This document shows, piece by piece, positions 45,771 through 60,094 of a stretch of 64,000 nt of DNA. Positions within the stretch are counted from its first letter, which is position 1, and each line of letters opens with the position of its first letter. Origin of the DNA: Camelus dromedarius (lineage: Eukaryota); NCBI RefSeq assembly GCF_036321535.1, contig NC_087436.1:71674001-71738000 (forward strand), read 5' to 3'. The position numbers were made by a program, and so were the translations under genes. A model generated the notes under the pieces. The model searched no databases, had not been told where the DNA came from, and worked only from the letters and a program-made list of their open reading frames with translations.

Positions 45771-48700
45771 TTACATTTTTTTCACTTAAGCTAATCGTGT
45801 CACAGGTTAAGCTTTGTGGATGTGTTTTGTGTATGTGTGATCAGAGGGTAGTCCCCCAGCTCTTTATGTGCTCCCGATTGCTTTCTCTAGAGGTTGAGAT
45901 AGTTTATGGTATACAGGAGTCAACACATTGCTGAAATGCCAGTTTGGAGAGAGGCATGTGTTTCTGGCCCACCCCGTTTTAATCAGCACTAGACATAGTT
46001 TAGTCTGTGGTGTGAAGATTTAGTTGGCTCATCCGTTTTAATAGTCATTTTCAGACCCAAGTTCAGTGTTTTAGCTTTCGTTATAAAGAGCAGCAAACTC
46101 TTATATTAAGGGTCAAGTACCATCTCCTGAATTAAGTGGAATTATCACTGGCAGCGCGGTGAATTCCTTACTGGGGCATAACATTTATCCTATATGAGCT
46201 TTCAAGAGCCTGAGCAGCAACATGAGGAGTCTGCCGGTTGAAAGGAATAGGCCAAATGTACGTAAGACTAGTTTTTAGTTTTGAGTTCCTGAACAGCAAG
46301 CACACTGGAATGACACAAAGGAGTTTCCTCAGAGAAGGCTCACCCCTAGACCTAGAGGCCAGATTGTGTCGTGAGGAATAAAATGTTTATTGAGACGTGA
46401 GCTCTGACCAATGTTGGGGTTACACCAAACTTAGCTACTGTTGTTGCTTCATTATGCACTTACCCGAGGGTACCAGATACTCTTTTCTCTGGATTCTGGA
46501 CGTCATCCTCCTTCAAATTGACTGATAAATTCATATATGAATTTTTAAATGTTAACACACACATCCCAATATATGCTATATAATTTCCTTTTTAAAAGCC
46601 TATCTCCCTATTCATTCGTCAAGTTAAAAAAAAGGCAACCGGTTGCTACTGACTACTGATTTTAGGTGGAAGTATCCTTGCCTAAAGATTGTGGGAGTTA
46701 AGCAGCAACTTCTATGCAGCTGCATTCCTCTCCTTCCAGGGAACTGATGACATTTAGGAGTTGGCCCTTCCACAGTGGCACTTAAGCCGAGGGACTCTGA
46801 CTTTCTAATATCCAGGAGAAAAGTTGATTAAAGAAAAAAGATCCTAAAATGAAAAATCTTCATGCATGCACAGTTCATATAATTTAAATTAAGAGTTTTC
46901 AAGCTACTCCTCAAATTCCTTCTGTGAAGCGTATCAGGGGTTGGGGCTGGGACGTCTTCAATCAGTGTAGGCCCACCTTTTCTGCTACATATTGGAGTCA
47001 CAAATTACATTCTTTTAAAAATGTTCCACTGTTACAAATTTTTTTGATCTAAGTAAAATTTATGCATATTTAACCTGCTAATTTCATACATATAAACATG
47101 TATTCTTAAATTTGGATAATGGGAATGATCAGAATTTGCTGTCTATTTGGTAGAGAATGTTGGGAGAACTATTTGTCAATGATAAAATCCAATGCAAAAG
47201 TGAAGTGTTAGCACTCATGTGTATCTATGTACTGGTAACAAACATTGTAACACCTGGTATCTTTTGAGTTGCAGAATACAGTACAAAATGACCATACAAA
47301 TACTGGGCAAACCAACCAACTGAAATCATATCAACCGTAATACTTTTCAAATGGACACATTAAACATTTTTTAAAAGTTCAGTATGACTAGCCTATTCTT
47401 TTTTATTATTACTACATCACACAGCTAACTTTTTTCTTAACTTTACTTAAGCTCCTTAAAAACAGAGACTATATTTCATTTACTTTCTGCAGTTCCTGAA
47501 ATTCTTATCCATTACAGTGCTGAACACAGGAATGGAGGTCAAAATGTGAATATATGCTATTAAACATATAGACTGTATATATGTACAGTCGTTTTAATTT
47601 CTTATTTCCTAAATATGCCTTCTGAAATGTTTGACTAAAGAACTTTTAAAGGATATTTTCACAAGCAATTGTTAAAGTGATCCCTTGGAATCAGATTTAA
47701 TTTCTCTTTTTCCAATTTCTTTAATGCATTACTTTTCAAAACCAAAGCTATCTAATGTAGAATTAGCTTTTCTTCTTATTAATATCCCTTCGTATCATCT
47801 TATTGATTCTTAAGTATTGAGCATGCAAAATTGTTTACCTTTCAAAAGTGTGAATTCATTTAAAGGTAGAAGTCTAATATGAAACTTTTTATAACATGTC
47901 TAATAGTCCTATATTCCAGTTGTTACAGAAAGAAATTCTTATTTATGTCAAAGCCACTGTGGCACACTTTTCTCTATATTCACTCATCCAAAATACAAGT
48001 GATGGTATTTTTGCAATCAAGGTGTATTACACAGTAGATATATTAAAGAATTAATGACACTCTCATCCTAAATTCCAGTCATCTGGAATTAATACCAGTT
48101 AACTAACAAAACCTGTTAATTGAGTGTTGTGACTTATTTAAGGAAGTATTTATCAATGGGATGTATACTGCCAGAGATTCAGGAGTATCCAGAATTTACC
48201 AAATATAATGTAAGTATACCAAACATTAATACTAAAAGACATCTGAATAGATTCATTTATCTACAGTAAAAATACATTGAGTAATGGAATACTGAATCTC
48301 TGTATTAGTGATGAAAAACAGTGAATTGGGTTTTCCTTTGATATTTTAATCATTTTGAAATAATCCTGATTTTAAAATTTGATATTTGAAAGTTTTGGCA
48401 TTCTTCAAATGTTCTGTTCTGTAATTTCAGAACTGTGTGTATGAGAGTGTTTCTGAAAAACATCTAAGTGAAAATACGCTGAATAAATCAGAAGATCTGA
48501 AGAGGTTTTGTGATTTTGAGTTTCCCTGTTTAACACTTCGGATTGTTTTATAAATAAAGTGAATAATATGAATAAATGTGTATTTAGGTCATTTGAATCA
48601 AAAGAAAGATGGAATAATATTTTCATGAAAAACAAGACAGGAAGTTAGTAAACTATTTACCTCCTTTTCTTCCCTGAGAGGAAAAATGACTAAGTATAGT

Positions 48701-49084
48701 ACTTTACCAAAAAATTAATTTTCAATTACTAATAAAATGATTTAACTTTTGGTAACAGGAAACAGAAGGGAAAATATCTTTCACATGAATACTAAAATCA
48801 CCTTTTGTGAATATATTGATACATGTTGAAATATATGTTGAAAAAGCATGAAATAGGGATTCTGTTGGCACTAGTAAACAAAATCATCTCGAAAATGGAA
48901 TGGTTGGTATGAACAGATTACACAATAATTGGGATATTAACTATTTGGAGATTTAAGGTATGAACTAACCTAACTGTTATTTCCAAGAGTTAAGTTACTT
49001 CTTAAAAGAGTAAGTGAAAAGAAATACATTATGTAATCTGCAATTACACATACCACATACTTTCAAAAGTGGGGGGAAAGACCT

Positions 49085-51316
49085 GCGTGGTCTCAAAAGA
49101 TTGTTTTTTTATTGTTCAAATAAAAATGCACTGCACTACATATGAAATATAAACAATGTATTTGAAAAAAATGTTCCTAGTACAGACTTCTAAAACCATG
49201 GTATTTTATTTAACAAGTCTGATTCCCAAAACTAAATAAGGAGCATTCCATTCAATATCCCTCTGTCATATGGTTTTTAAGTAAAAAAAATAAGTTTTTT
49301 TCTCTTCACTTTTAGTAAGAAATCCCATCCTAAGAAATTCAGTTTTGTGAGTCAACACAACTCATATGTTGCGATAAATACTAGGTATATCTGTTATTTA
49401 GCAGGATTATTTTAACTAGAAAATAGCCCTAGTAAACACAGGAGAGAAATTAAGCAAAAAATTATATGATATGGTAAAAGTCATACACAAAACACTCTGT
49501 TAAATATCATTATACCCCCTTTCTTAGTAAAGTGCTGTAATTTTATGTCATAGCCGTATTTATTTGTAGGATATCATTTAGCTTTTCCTTTAAATTTGGT
49601 CATATCAATCATAGATAGGTAGAAAACCAAATTTATGTACTTTAAGACCACTTCCTAAATTAAAAGCTATAAATGTGTTGTTTACAAACTTCTAGATATG
49701 TTCGAGAAATCTTCTTTTTACTTTTTACTTAGGTTACCAGAGTAAAGAAAGCATTTCATTTATTTTACAGCTAAGGAACCATATTTAATATTGTCATCTG
49801 ATCTATCTGAATTTTAGTTGATGTCTGTTTCAACAGTGTGGAATTTATGTCTAATTTAAAAAAAAGATAGGTTGATATATACATTACTTAACTTTTATGC
49901 TTACTTTCTTTTACATTTCAGCCATATAATTTATTTTCCACAGGAGACAGGGTAGGACACATATTCTTCTTGGATACATTACTGTTTATTGTTTCAAGTG
50001 AACTGAATATATAAATCCCACTGAGTAATTTAGTGTGGCCCTATGTCTTATATAAACAAGTTAAATGGAGACTTCACTTTGTAATCTGTGTATTCATGTC
50101 TACCATAAATTGTCTTAATGACAAATACAAAATTTTATTACTTGCCCCAAGTTAGCTGTTGATCCTTTTCACTGATAACATACAAGTGTAGAGGTTGAGA
50201 AGCCTTTAAAATTGGAAAAAAAAACAAAACAAAACTTCCCATTAAATTACTGAAAATTGGAATTTTTATGTTGACTCCTGATGACTCAAAAGCCAAAGTT
50301 AAGAATCAATGTTATCCAATAGTACACTGAGTTGTTTAATAAACAGTATATTAAGAGTTTGTATATGCTGACTGGGAACAATAGTGGCTTTTTAAATTCT
50401 CAGAAAGACTGAATTGTTTTTATGGTCAGAAGAAACCACAGGTGATGATGAAGGTTTTCCATCTCTCTGTAGCAGCCATTAGAGTAAAAATCTTTACAGC
50501 ATTATTTCACGATCAGCAAGAAAATTTTACTGGTATTAGTGGTAAGGGTGAGGAGAGAAAAAAGAGTGAAGAGAGAAGTGTGTATTAGTTTTAAAGGTGT
50601 GACAAGGTAATAAAAGAGACATGAAAAAGTGATAAATTTCTTATTCTATATGTGCCTTGCTGCAGACAAACTCAAAAGAGAGCAACATGGTATTTTAAAA
50701 GCCAACGTCGGGAAACATTCACTAATAATGCCCATTGCTTTACTGTATACTTAAATTACACAAGCAGAAAAGTTATACTTATTAATAGTTTAATGTATGA
50801 AGGAAACATCCAGATTTCTGAATATGAAGGTACATATCTCACATTAATTTAAGTCTACATAAAGTAGAGCCTCTATACTGACATATTGAAATTTACTTTC
50901 TGCTTAGCCTTTTCTGTTATGTAAACAATTGTACATTTATTTGCCATTCTAAAACTTCAGGATCAAGTTTACATAATTTTGCTAAATTTCCGTGTTTGCT
51001 CAGAAGCAGTTTACAGTACTAAAACCAACCAGCCAAAGAACAGCTTCAACAGAAAGTTATGTCCAAAGGGGAAGAGGGAAAGAAAAAAAGAAAAATGATA
51101 AGAAAAATGCTAACTAAGGTAAAACAGATGATGGTGGGGAATGGGCAGTCACAAATGTTCACAGAAAATAGGTCAGTTAGTAAGTTCTTCTGCAAAAAGC
51201 CTACACACTTCAGTCAAGCACATCAGTAGAATGATTTGGGAGCATAAATTTTTTTTCGGCCACTTGTGATTTCCTCTGAATGAAAAGGAATCTGCAGGCT
51301 AACAAGCTGATCCTCA
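49085..51316 (-). other. ANKRD17: ANKRD17 3' UTR with several candidate poly(A) signals (distal end uncertain)
   Basis: AT-rich tract after the stop with no recognisable interspersed repeats. Minus-strand AATAAA at 50936-50941, 50134-50139, 49985-49990, 49759-49764, 49205-49210 and 49108-49113; the last is followed by GU-rich sequence. Confidence 0.65.
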
Positions 51317-51376
51317 TCAGCCAAGCTGGTTCATATGCACACTGTTCATGTGAGGTGCCCAGGGTCCAGTCCACAC
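51317..51376 (-). CDS. ANKRD17: ANKRD17 last coding exon
   Basis: Acceptor ATAG|GTG; encodes VWTGPWAPHMNSVHMNQLG*, the recognisable ANKRD17 C-terminus, with a tandem TGATGA stop. Confidence 0.95.
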   Translation of the reverse strand: MWTGPWAPHMNSVHMNQLG

Positions 51377-52092
51377 CTATGAATATAGAGCATGCATTTT
51401 ATTAATACATATTTAACATATATTTGATTAAAACAAAACTCTTAAACACTAAGGAAGTCTCCTAATATTTATGAACTAAAACAGCTAAGTCTCAGTCAAT
51501 TTGCAGCATACTGGGAGATAATGAAGAAAAACAGCAAGAAACCACTTTTATCTGTTGTTTTCTTGCCTCTCCTTTTATCCCTCAAACAGGATCTGATTTA
51601 TCAGTATTTTTTAAGGACCATTATCTGAGTACATACAGGTTGCTGATTGTGGGAGGAAAATGAATCAGAGATACTAAACATATACCACAATAAGCTAAAA
51701 TATACAACCATTTCTGTGCATTTTCACAGTTATATACTGTTTTGGCACTTAAAATACTTTTAATAAATAACCTCTAGATGGCCCTTTTCACACTAGTAAA
51801 TTTTGATACATAAAATTACATTACAATACTCTGCAACTTAAAATCTTTTACTTACCATCTGCTACCCAATGGAATATGTTATATAACGTCTTTCATAATT
51901 TTAGCCCCAAACCACTACCTTTGGTACCATTTTTCACATCCCTCTGCTATATTTCAGCTATATTAAATTTTCCACAGTTTCCTCAACTGCCCATATTCGC
52001 CATTCTCTCTCACTACCATGATTTATCTGTGTCCTATTTGTACTGGCATCCCATAAACACTAAGTAAATGTTCACTGAATGATCAGCCTTAC

Positions 52093-52257
52093 CGTTTGAG
52101 GGCCATTATTCTCTGTGGAGCTTGAAACCATCTTTATCAGGGAGTTCCAAGAGGGGTCCGCAGCATGAGGGCCATTAAATATGGGTCCTCCAGCACCATC
52201 AGGAATAGGTGCTACTGGAGGAATCATTGCATTCCCATACACAGAAAAAGGCATACC
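52093..52257 (-). CDS. ANKRD17: ANKRD17 penultimate exon, 165 nt
   Basis: Acceptor TTTTTTAAG|GGT; encodes GMPFSVYGNAMIPPVAPIPDGAGGPIFNGPHAADPSWNSLIKMVSSSTENNGPQT; donor ACG|GTAAGG. Confidence 0.95.
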
Positions 52258-52656
52258 CTTAAAAAAGGAGAAAACAAAGATTATGCATGTTCAAGTCACT
52301 GGTTACTTTTCCCAGTATGATCACCAGCCTCAAAATTGATATTTGAAACTTCACCTCATTCTGTTATCTGTGATATAAAAATTATTTTCCATTATATGAT
52401 TTCTTCTAGCATTAGATAGAAGATACTATAAGCCTACTATATAAAAAATATTTTGTTAAAAAACATTTCTCTAAACCACTGGGACAAAATCAAGATTTAT
52501 AAATATTTATATTTTAGCCAGCCTTTGACCTATCATTCCAACCCAAAGCTCCAGCATCATTTCACAAATGCTTATGGGAAAGTGGGAAGTTAAATAAGGC
52601 TAATAGTAAGGAAAACATCTAGAAATAATACAAATGCTTATTTAAATCACCATTAC

Positions 52657-52835
52657 CCCAACTTTAGGAAAGTCCATGTATCCTGCAGGAACATGCTGAT
52701 GGAATGTACCAGAAGGAGTTACAATTCCTGTGCTCTCTCGCTCCATTGCTTGATGCTGTGAAAACACTCCTGGATCAGACATTGGCCTGTGAATCATAGG
52801 ATTTCCCATCCCAGGGTTACACCAGTCTACTTTGT
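52657..52835 (-). CDS. ANKRD17: ANKRD17 coding exon, 179 nt
   Basis: Acceptor CAG|AC; encodes KVDWCNPGMGNPMIHRPMSDPGVFSQHQAMERESTGIVTPSGTFHQHVPAGYMDFPKVG; donor GGG|GTAATG. Confidence 0.95.
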
Positions 52836-53297
52836 CTGAGGGAAAACAAAGAGGCAGAAAAAAATAATTGGTGATATTTAAAATCAGAAAAAAGCAAAAA
52901 ACCCCAAACAAACATATACACGTATATTTCTAATATTTTCCACACTGAATTGTGAATTCCTTCAGAATGACCTACTCTTACATATTTACTGCAGTATTTC
53001 CATGTTTGTAGATAGTGATATTATAGCCTAATAAAGTAACTTAAACACTTTGTGTTAGAAAACAAAAAAAAAAAAGCTAAGATAAGATGAAAGCTAAAGA
53101 GCCCTAAAGGAAATATTAACATCTCCTTAACATAATAAAATAAAGTAAAATGTTTCAAAACTTAAATAAATTGATTAGTCAAAACAAAGTGATATGAATA
53201 CAGGTTTTTTAAAACAATGCCTATGATAGTTACATACTGCTTAAAATATTTTAAATGCATAAACTTAATTTCCAGTAAGCAGAATAGCATATCATAC

Positions 53298-53546
53298 CTT
53301 GATTGCCACCAATTCCTTCAAAGGACCAGATGCCACTATGCCCTACTGATGTGGACAAATTACTCCCAATAACAGATGGAGCTGAAGTTCCAGTTTGCCT
53401 GATACGAGCAGAACGTTCTGTCCCAATAGGGACTGGAACTTTTCTGTCCTGAGAGACGTTGTTGGGCTTTTCTGACCCTAAAGGTACTGATGAGGGGGCA
53501 GGAGAAGGTGCACGAACTCCAGAAGATACTGACTGTGTGGGAGAAT
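53298..53546 (-). CDS. ANKRD17: ANKRD17 coding exon, 249 nt (phase 1-1)
   Basis: Acceptor TAG|AT; encodes SPTQSVSSGVRAPSPAPSSVPLGSEKPNNVSQDRKVPVPIGTERSARIRQTGTSAPSVIGSNLSTSVGHSGIWSFEGIGGNQ, including the MASK-family PIGTER motif; donor G|GTATGA. Confidence 0.95.
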
Positions 53547-54500
53547 CTAGAGAAGATATTTTGAAATAAAATAAATATCATCTGTAGGGCTTGAAATTTT
53601 GAAAAACAAAATCTTAAATTCTGAAGACACTTAAACACGCATTCTTTGATGAAAAATGAAATATGAAAATAATGCTTAAATAATAAATTACGTATATTAA
53701 AATTTGGTTAAAGTTCTATGACATCACAGTTATTTTTTAATTTAGCTCACAATTTTCCCATTTAGTTTCATGATAGTAGAATGTGAAGATGTGAATGCTA
53801 CAACTACACACTAATTAATATTTAAATAAATTTACTCCTTGACAGTGAACAAAATATAACACCAGAGCAATGAGAAGACAAAGGTTAAGTTAAAAAAACA
53901 AACAATAACAACAACAACAAAATGGAGGTTGGAAAAAATCACTGCTTGTATTGGCAATTCTCAAGCTGTTTTCCTTGGGAACATTTGTCCCTTGGTATGT
54001 TACAATTAAAAAAAACAAAGACATTCAGGTACCTAACAAACTCAGAAAATCTAGCTTAAAAAAAAATGTTTCTTTAAATCAGGACTTTACAAAACTTTAA
54101 TATGCTGATAAAACACCAATAGAAGACTATACTTCATATCCCAACTGTTTTATTTTATCTTGTGGATATTCCACAAAACACACTTTTAGAAATGGCAATT
54201 TAAGCATTACTTACAAAACAAGGCTAGTTCTTAATACAGGCAATTTGGAGTACTCATTAGTGATTTAATCTCTTTATACATTATAGAGAAGAAGAAAAAC
54301 AAAAACAACCAACCATAACTATTTCTTGTGAAAACCTTAAATATCAAGCACATTTAAATTTAAATAGTTTAAATTCTGGAGGAGTTTGAATCTTAAAAGT
54401 CAGAACAGTTACCTTCATAGCTAAAATTTATTCATAACTGTCTGACTGTATGCCCTAGTGACGATCATTTAATGATATTTTTTCATTTAACTATCTTTAC

Positions 54501-54640
54501 TATTATTTTTAATTTTTTTTTTTTTTGCAGGGGGAGGTAATCAGGTTTACTTACTTATTTTTTGATGGAGGTACTGGGGACTGAACCCAGCACCTTGTGC
54601 TTGCTAGGCATGCATTACCACACAGCTATACCCTCCCTCC
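54501..54640 (-). mobile_element. tRNA-derived SINE (Vic-1-like), ANKRD17 intron
   Basis: SINE body; 14-bp TSD ttaactatctttac at 54487-54500 and 54641-54654. Confidence 0.9.
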
Positions 54641-57600
54641 TTAACTATCTTTACATTTAAGTTTTCTATATGTATGTGTATGTGGGTAAATATGTGTGTG
54701 TGTGTCTGTTTCTATCCAAAGGGACTCAAGTAGCTAATAAATTTACAAAATCAATCTATCTATCTGTACACATATAAGAATAGTACTTCCATTTCCTCAG
54801 ATACGTTTCAAGGAATTTGGAAGAAAAAGAAAAATTCAGTAATATTAATGACCTGAATATGTTTCAAAAAATACTTCTCAGATATACTTTAAAATCATAG
54901 AATTGGAAAGTACTGTGGAGATCAATTCCATCTTACTAGTGTTTGTAGAGGTCTATTTTGGTTAAATTGATAGTACCACCACTCAATGAGAGGTAGTGAC
55001 TATTAACTTAAAAGGAATGAATCCTAAAGTACCCTATAAATTATAATTTATTATATGGATTTTGACTTTATTGGGGAATAAAAACATGAAACATACAGAC
55101 TTGTTATCTGTAAAAGTAAACCAAGAAAACTATTACCCTCTAATGGAAAATTAAAATGTATCTCCTGTGGTCATGGATACATTAGCATTACTTTACAGCA
55201 TTTACTTTTAACAAATCATAAGAAAATGGAGAAGCCACATAGATGTATTTAAAGCAACTAGAAGTATTTTAAAATTCACCTTAAAATTACACTGGTATAA
55301 GAGGGAATTCTAGGATGATGGAAGTAGCAGTAGCAAAGGTTTTGATTCTTCCCAAATCCTCCCATAAAAACAGTCATTAAGATAGCAAAGCCTAAAATCC
55401 ATGGATAACATTTATAACAAAACTAACAGAAAACATATCCAGGTGAATCCAAAAATACAAGTTGAACAGAGACAAATCACCAACAGCTATAAGACTCATG
55501 TAGTATCAGCATCTATGTGGAAGGAAGCAATTCTCCAGAACTGAAAACAGGAGAATCACAAAATAGTCACGGGCTTTCAGAGGAAATCAGGGCAGGCCAA
55601 TCTGAGAACAGCAGGTGAAAGTGGGAGAGCTCTGCCTATGCGCGGGTGATTGCAGGGGATTCACAGTAAGGTCTGAGGAAGCTGGAGCAACAAGGGCCCT
55701 ATGACTTCTTACAGGTACCTGCTGAAGCCCCTTGCCAGGATAAAGCCCTACACTGATCAGAAACTTCTGGGAACAGACTCCAAACTGAACAGGAAAGAGA
55801 CAACAAAAGCAAAGCAAAGCGAAGATCCAGTCAAGAGTAGTGCAGAGGTGGGTGGGTAGGCTGGATAGATGAGTAAGGACAACAAAGCAAGGAGATTTAA
55901 CAAAGTAGAAGACCATATTTTTGCACATTTCCCAATAAGAGGAAATTCTAGAGTCCTTAAAGTAGGAAAAATGTCTTAATCAATTTATTCCTTCTAAAAG
56001 TTCAGGAAGACTCAGTTCATTTAAAAATGTAAAACAGAACAGAACTGCAGTTGAATTGTATACAAAGAACTAAAAGAGATATGAACCCACAAAATCTGGT
56101 AGATAACAAAAGCATCCCAGAAAGAAAGCTATATTCTAATATTCTAAAGGCACATCAGAAAAAGACTATAATCTAAAATCCCAAAGTGAGCTGAAAGAAA
56201 TAAAAGAAAGATTTGAAAGGACAGCATAATTCAGAATTAGTAAAACTGGAAACAAGACAACAAAACTCAGGAAAGTATTAGAAATGAAATAATATTCCAG
56301 AAAAGACTAAATTGAACTGCAGGGAACACAAAAAGTTGTAAACACAAAGGATAAACAAAGTTCTGTTTTTTGTTTTTTAAACTACATACTGAAAGGGCAC
56401 AATTATATACCTGAGAGAAGCCAATCCAGAAAACTAACATGAAGACACAATCAGTCAAAGTTGGCAGGCAAGAAGGAAGCAAGGATGGAAGGCTGCTTAA
56501 GCAGGAAGGACTGATGGAAGGAAGGACAAATGAATCCTACCTTCCCTCAGAGTCATCCTTGGGAGCTCTCCCTAACCTCTGTGTTAGAGCTAGTTTCTCT
56601 TTCCTATCCTGTAGCCTTCAAAAAACAAAACCAAAGCAAAATAACAGGAACCCTCCATATTTTGTTCAAATGTAGAAAATAAGTAGGCTTGCCTGCTGAC
56701 TCATCTCATTTAAGGGATTTCACAGATTCTGCCACCTCACTAGCCATAGTTTTTGTTTTTAATCAGATGACTGTTTTCTGCTTTTTCCCTGATGGCTTTA
56801 CTGGACTTACTGCCAAGCATCTGACTGAAGAATGATCTACTTCAGGCAAGCCAACTATCTGTGACTGACATGACTGTACTTGAACATATGAACTGAGCCA
56901 ATCATATTTCTCATACAGGAAGGTGCAATTGGTAAACAGAGAAAAACTTGTTTAATCAACTATGAATTTAATCTTTGAGGACCATATACAAGATGAGATT
57001 ATGAAGAAGCCTAGGTGTAAAGAGAGTAAATAGAGGAGACTCACAAGAAAACAAATCATGAGTGAGAGACCATAAGTCCTCTAACTAAAGTGATGGAAAA
57101 TAGGAGTCACAAATTCTGGATAGTTCTGAAGATGGCCCTATATACCCTTAAACACCATTTTCCTGGAGATTCGTTGGGTAGGTCTATATTCCTTGCAATG
57201 AAAAGAGCCTGATTATTCTACTTTCTTTTCTCACCTCTAATCATAATAATTTCTTTAATTGGAAAAAAAAAACAAGCAAAATCTAATCCAGAGTCATATT
57301 ATTTTAAAATATGCCAACTTATATTATTAGAGAAAAAATAGGTTTTAGAAGTGTTGTGAGATCCTATATAATCTAAGGAATCTGTCTTTAGAAGAAGAAT
57401 ACAAAATTAGGTATAGAACCTTGGCAGAGGCCCTTACAAATGAGGTATCCTGAATCTTAAGCTTCAGTAAATCCACTTCAGTTTTGAAATGACAACAGGG
57501 TCCTGAATTCAAATTGAAAGAGCAGTGTGACTTACAAATGGAAAAAGTGCTCCTGCAGGAAAATCACACTGTACTTTCTTCATGCTTCAGTTCAGTGTTG

Positions 57601-58549
57601 ATTAAACCACAGTAGATAATGAGATAAATGTGGCTGGTCATGACTAACACAAAAAAATTTTTTAAGGTAAAAAAAAATAGAAAATACCAGCATGTTATAT
57701 ATACTGTGAGGATAAATATTGTTTTGTAAATATATTTCAATTACACACACATGTTCATGTATACTGGGTCACAATGTAAAATTAGTTTTTTCCTTTCAAA
57801 ATTGTAATGCTTTTTTACTGCTTTTTGACCCGACAAAAGCTTTATAAGACTGAATGTCAAAATGGCTCACTGACTAAAGTTGCCAAGGACTGAAGCTCAT
57901 AGACCAGAGACAGTGATCAGTAAACAATGCACCGACTGGCTGAGTGTTGATAGGTTAGACCTTAGCAGTTTGAGTGGCATAAAGGCTCAAGTGATCTCTG
58001 CTCAACCTGTATGCAGAAAGTACTTGGGCATCACCAATCTGTTGTTCTGGGGCCTCAGGAAAGGTTCTTTGCTTCCCTTTCTTTCTTTCTTTTTTTCTTT
58101 TTTAAGGAAGGGGCCCATGTCCCCGACATCCCAACTTAGTTTGCCAGAGTCCTAATATCATGTCCTGACATCCTAAAGAGGAGGAGGGAAGAGAGAAGTG
58201 GAATGTATGGAAAAATGTGATAAAACCTATTCAAGTACTAAAACCAGATAAATATATTGTGAAATATAAGTTCACGCTTCTGTGATTAGTCCTACAACAG
58301 CATCCAGAATTGCAACTTTTAAGAAAATACCTAACACTGAAAACAAAATTTTAAAAGACTACCGTAAAGAAAGAAAAATATGAAATTACATTCATGTGAA
58401 CACATTACCTAAAGAAGAGTTGGAAGTCAGACAAAACAAACTAAATGGTCACTAAAAAGAATAAGACTTACATTAGGTAAGGATAATACAAACTAGTTAG
58501 AAATTCAGTATTAAAGGTAAAAATGAGTCTTGCCTGAATCAATCTAATA

Positions 58550-59550
58550 GTTGCAAAATAACTCAAATTATAATTCCTTCTACTTTTATGAGTTGTCATT
58601 ATACTGTAAAGAAGAACATTCTCTCTCTTGCACTTCAAATTTTTAAATTTTATTTATAATTATTATATTCTCATGGATATTTGTTTTATCCAATGTGGTG
58701 ACATTATTCACTTTGATGGTCAAAATACCCTGAATTTGGCCAGTGAGAGCCCCTTCAAGCTGCCTCCTGTGTCCTTACTGACATGTCCCCATCATCTGAG
58801 CACTTAATTACATAATTACTTTCCGACACTATAAGACTTTTGCAGGCTCCCCTTATACTTTCTCTGCACCAGTTCTCAAATCAGCTATTTCCCCAAGGAG
58901 CCCTAGTTTCTTTTAGTGGACTAAAATATTTAACAGATAGTGCACAATGCTACTGAAAACTCACTGCTTCTAAGCCCTTTCAGTAGATAGCACTAGGGGA
59001 AAAAATGGCAATTTTATATGATTCAACCCAGTACATATGTCATTTAAAAATCAAGAGTTAATACTGATCTTCTAATTCCAATCCAGTCAATAGGATTCTT
59101 CCTTGGCTTACTCTACTCTACATTTCTCTCTACATTTCTTACAGTGAGAACCCTGGATCATTTCATCATCAATATACTTATTTATTCATTTGCTCAATCC
59201 CACAATATAATCTATATAATTGTAGAGTTGCTTATCCATAATATTATAAAAAACAAATGTCCTAAACAGAAATGGAGATTTGTCTGAAGTCTGTTTGTCT
59301 TTAGACTGAAGGGCATACAGAGTACTGTGTTCAAGGGTTTTTTGAATTGTTTATTTTTCTTTTGGTAGGTTTACGTTAATAATTTAAAATGTAGACAGGT
59401 TTACCTATTTCTACTTATATTCAATTTTAATGTTTTTTTCTTCATCAAAGTTGATTTTGTTTTAAATTTATAAACATTAACATGGTTACAAAAGTAAAAC
59501 TATTATTTATACTGAGATAAGTGCTACTTCTTCCCCCATTCCCTTACACT
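58550..59550 (-). mobile_element. Old L1M 3' region fragment
   Basis: Motifs ttggccagtgagagccccttcaagctg...; tttccccaaggagccctagtttcttttagtgga. Confidence 0.6.
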
Positions 59551-60024
59551 CTTTATACTCTGCCTGAAAATCTTACGAGGAATAATAACAGTCAAAGTAA
59601 CTCCCCAAAGATTACTTACAAATTACAAAGGGAAATATGACAATTTGACAGTGTAGAACCAAGTGATCAAAGCATCAATAATAGCACAAACTGACATTTT
59701 ATACCTTCTAATGTAATATACTGAGAAGGATGCAACATTGACTAATACTAATATTCCTGTCAAAAACACATAAACTTAATCATGAAGAAATGTCTGAAAA
59801 GCAAACTGAGGCATTTTATCAAACAACTGACCTGTAATCTTAACAAAATCTTTCTTTGAAAGGCTGAGGAAATAGTTCCAGATTGAAACTAAAAAGCTAC
59901 GGGAATTAAATGCAGTCTGTGATACTGATTTGAATCTTGAATGAGAGGAAATAATAAACATATTTATTGGAACAACTGGTGAAATGTGAATACGGACTAT
60001 ACATTAGATAATAATGTAGTAATG

Positions 60025-60094
60025 CAATTGTGCTCTATACTGGAATTTGACACAACATTGTAAAATGATTATAAATCAATAAAAAGTGTTAAAA
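60025..60094 (+). mobile_element. Extreme 3' tail of L1 nested in older L1MC-like sequence (about 59600-60780)
   Basis: tttgacacaacattgtaaaatgattataaatcaataaaaa; 15-bp TSD aataatgtagtaatg at 60010-60024 and 60095-60109. Confidence 0.8.

Noticed and set aside
45088..45789. 233-aa plus-strand ORF antisense to COX18 exon 1
   Set aside because: Expected by-product of a GC-rich, stop-poor CpG island and the antisense of a coding frame; non-ATG start; no recognisable domain.
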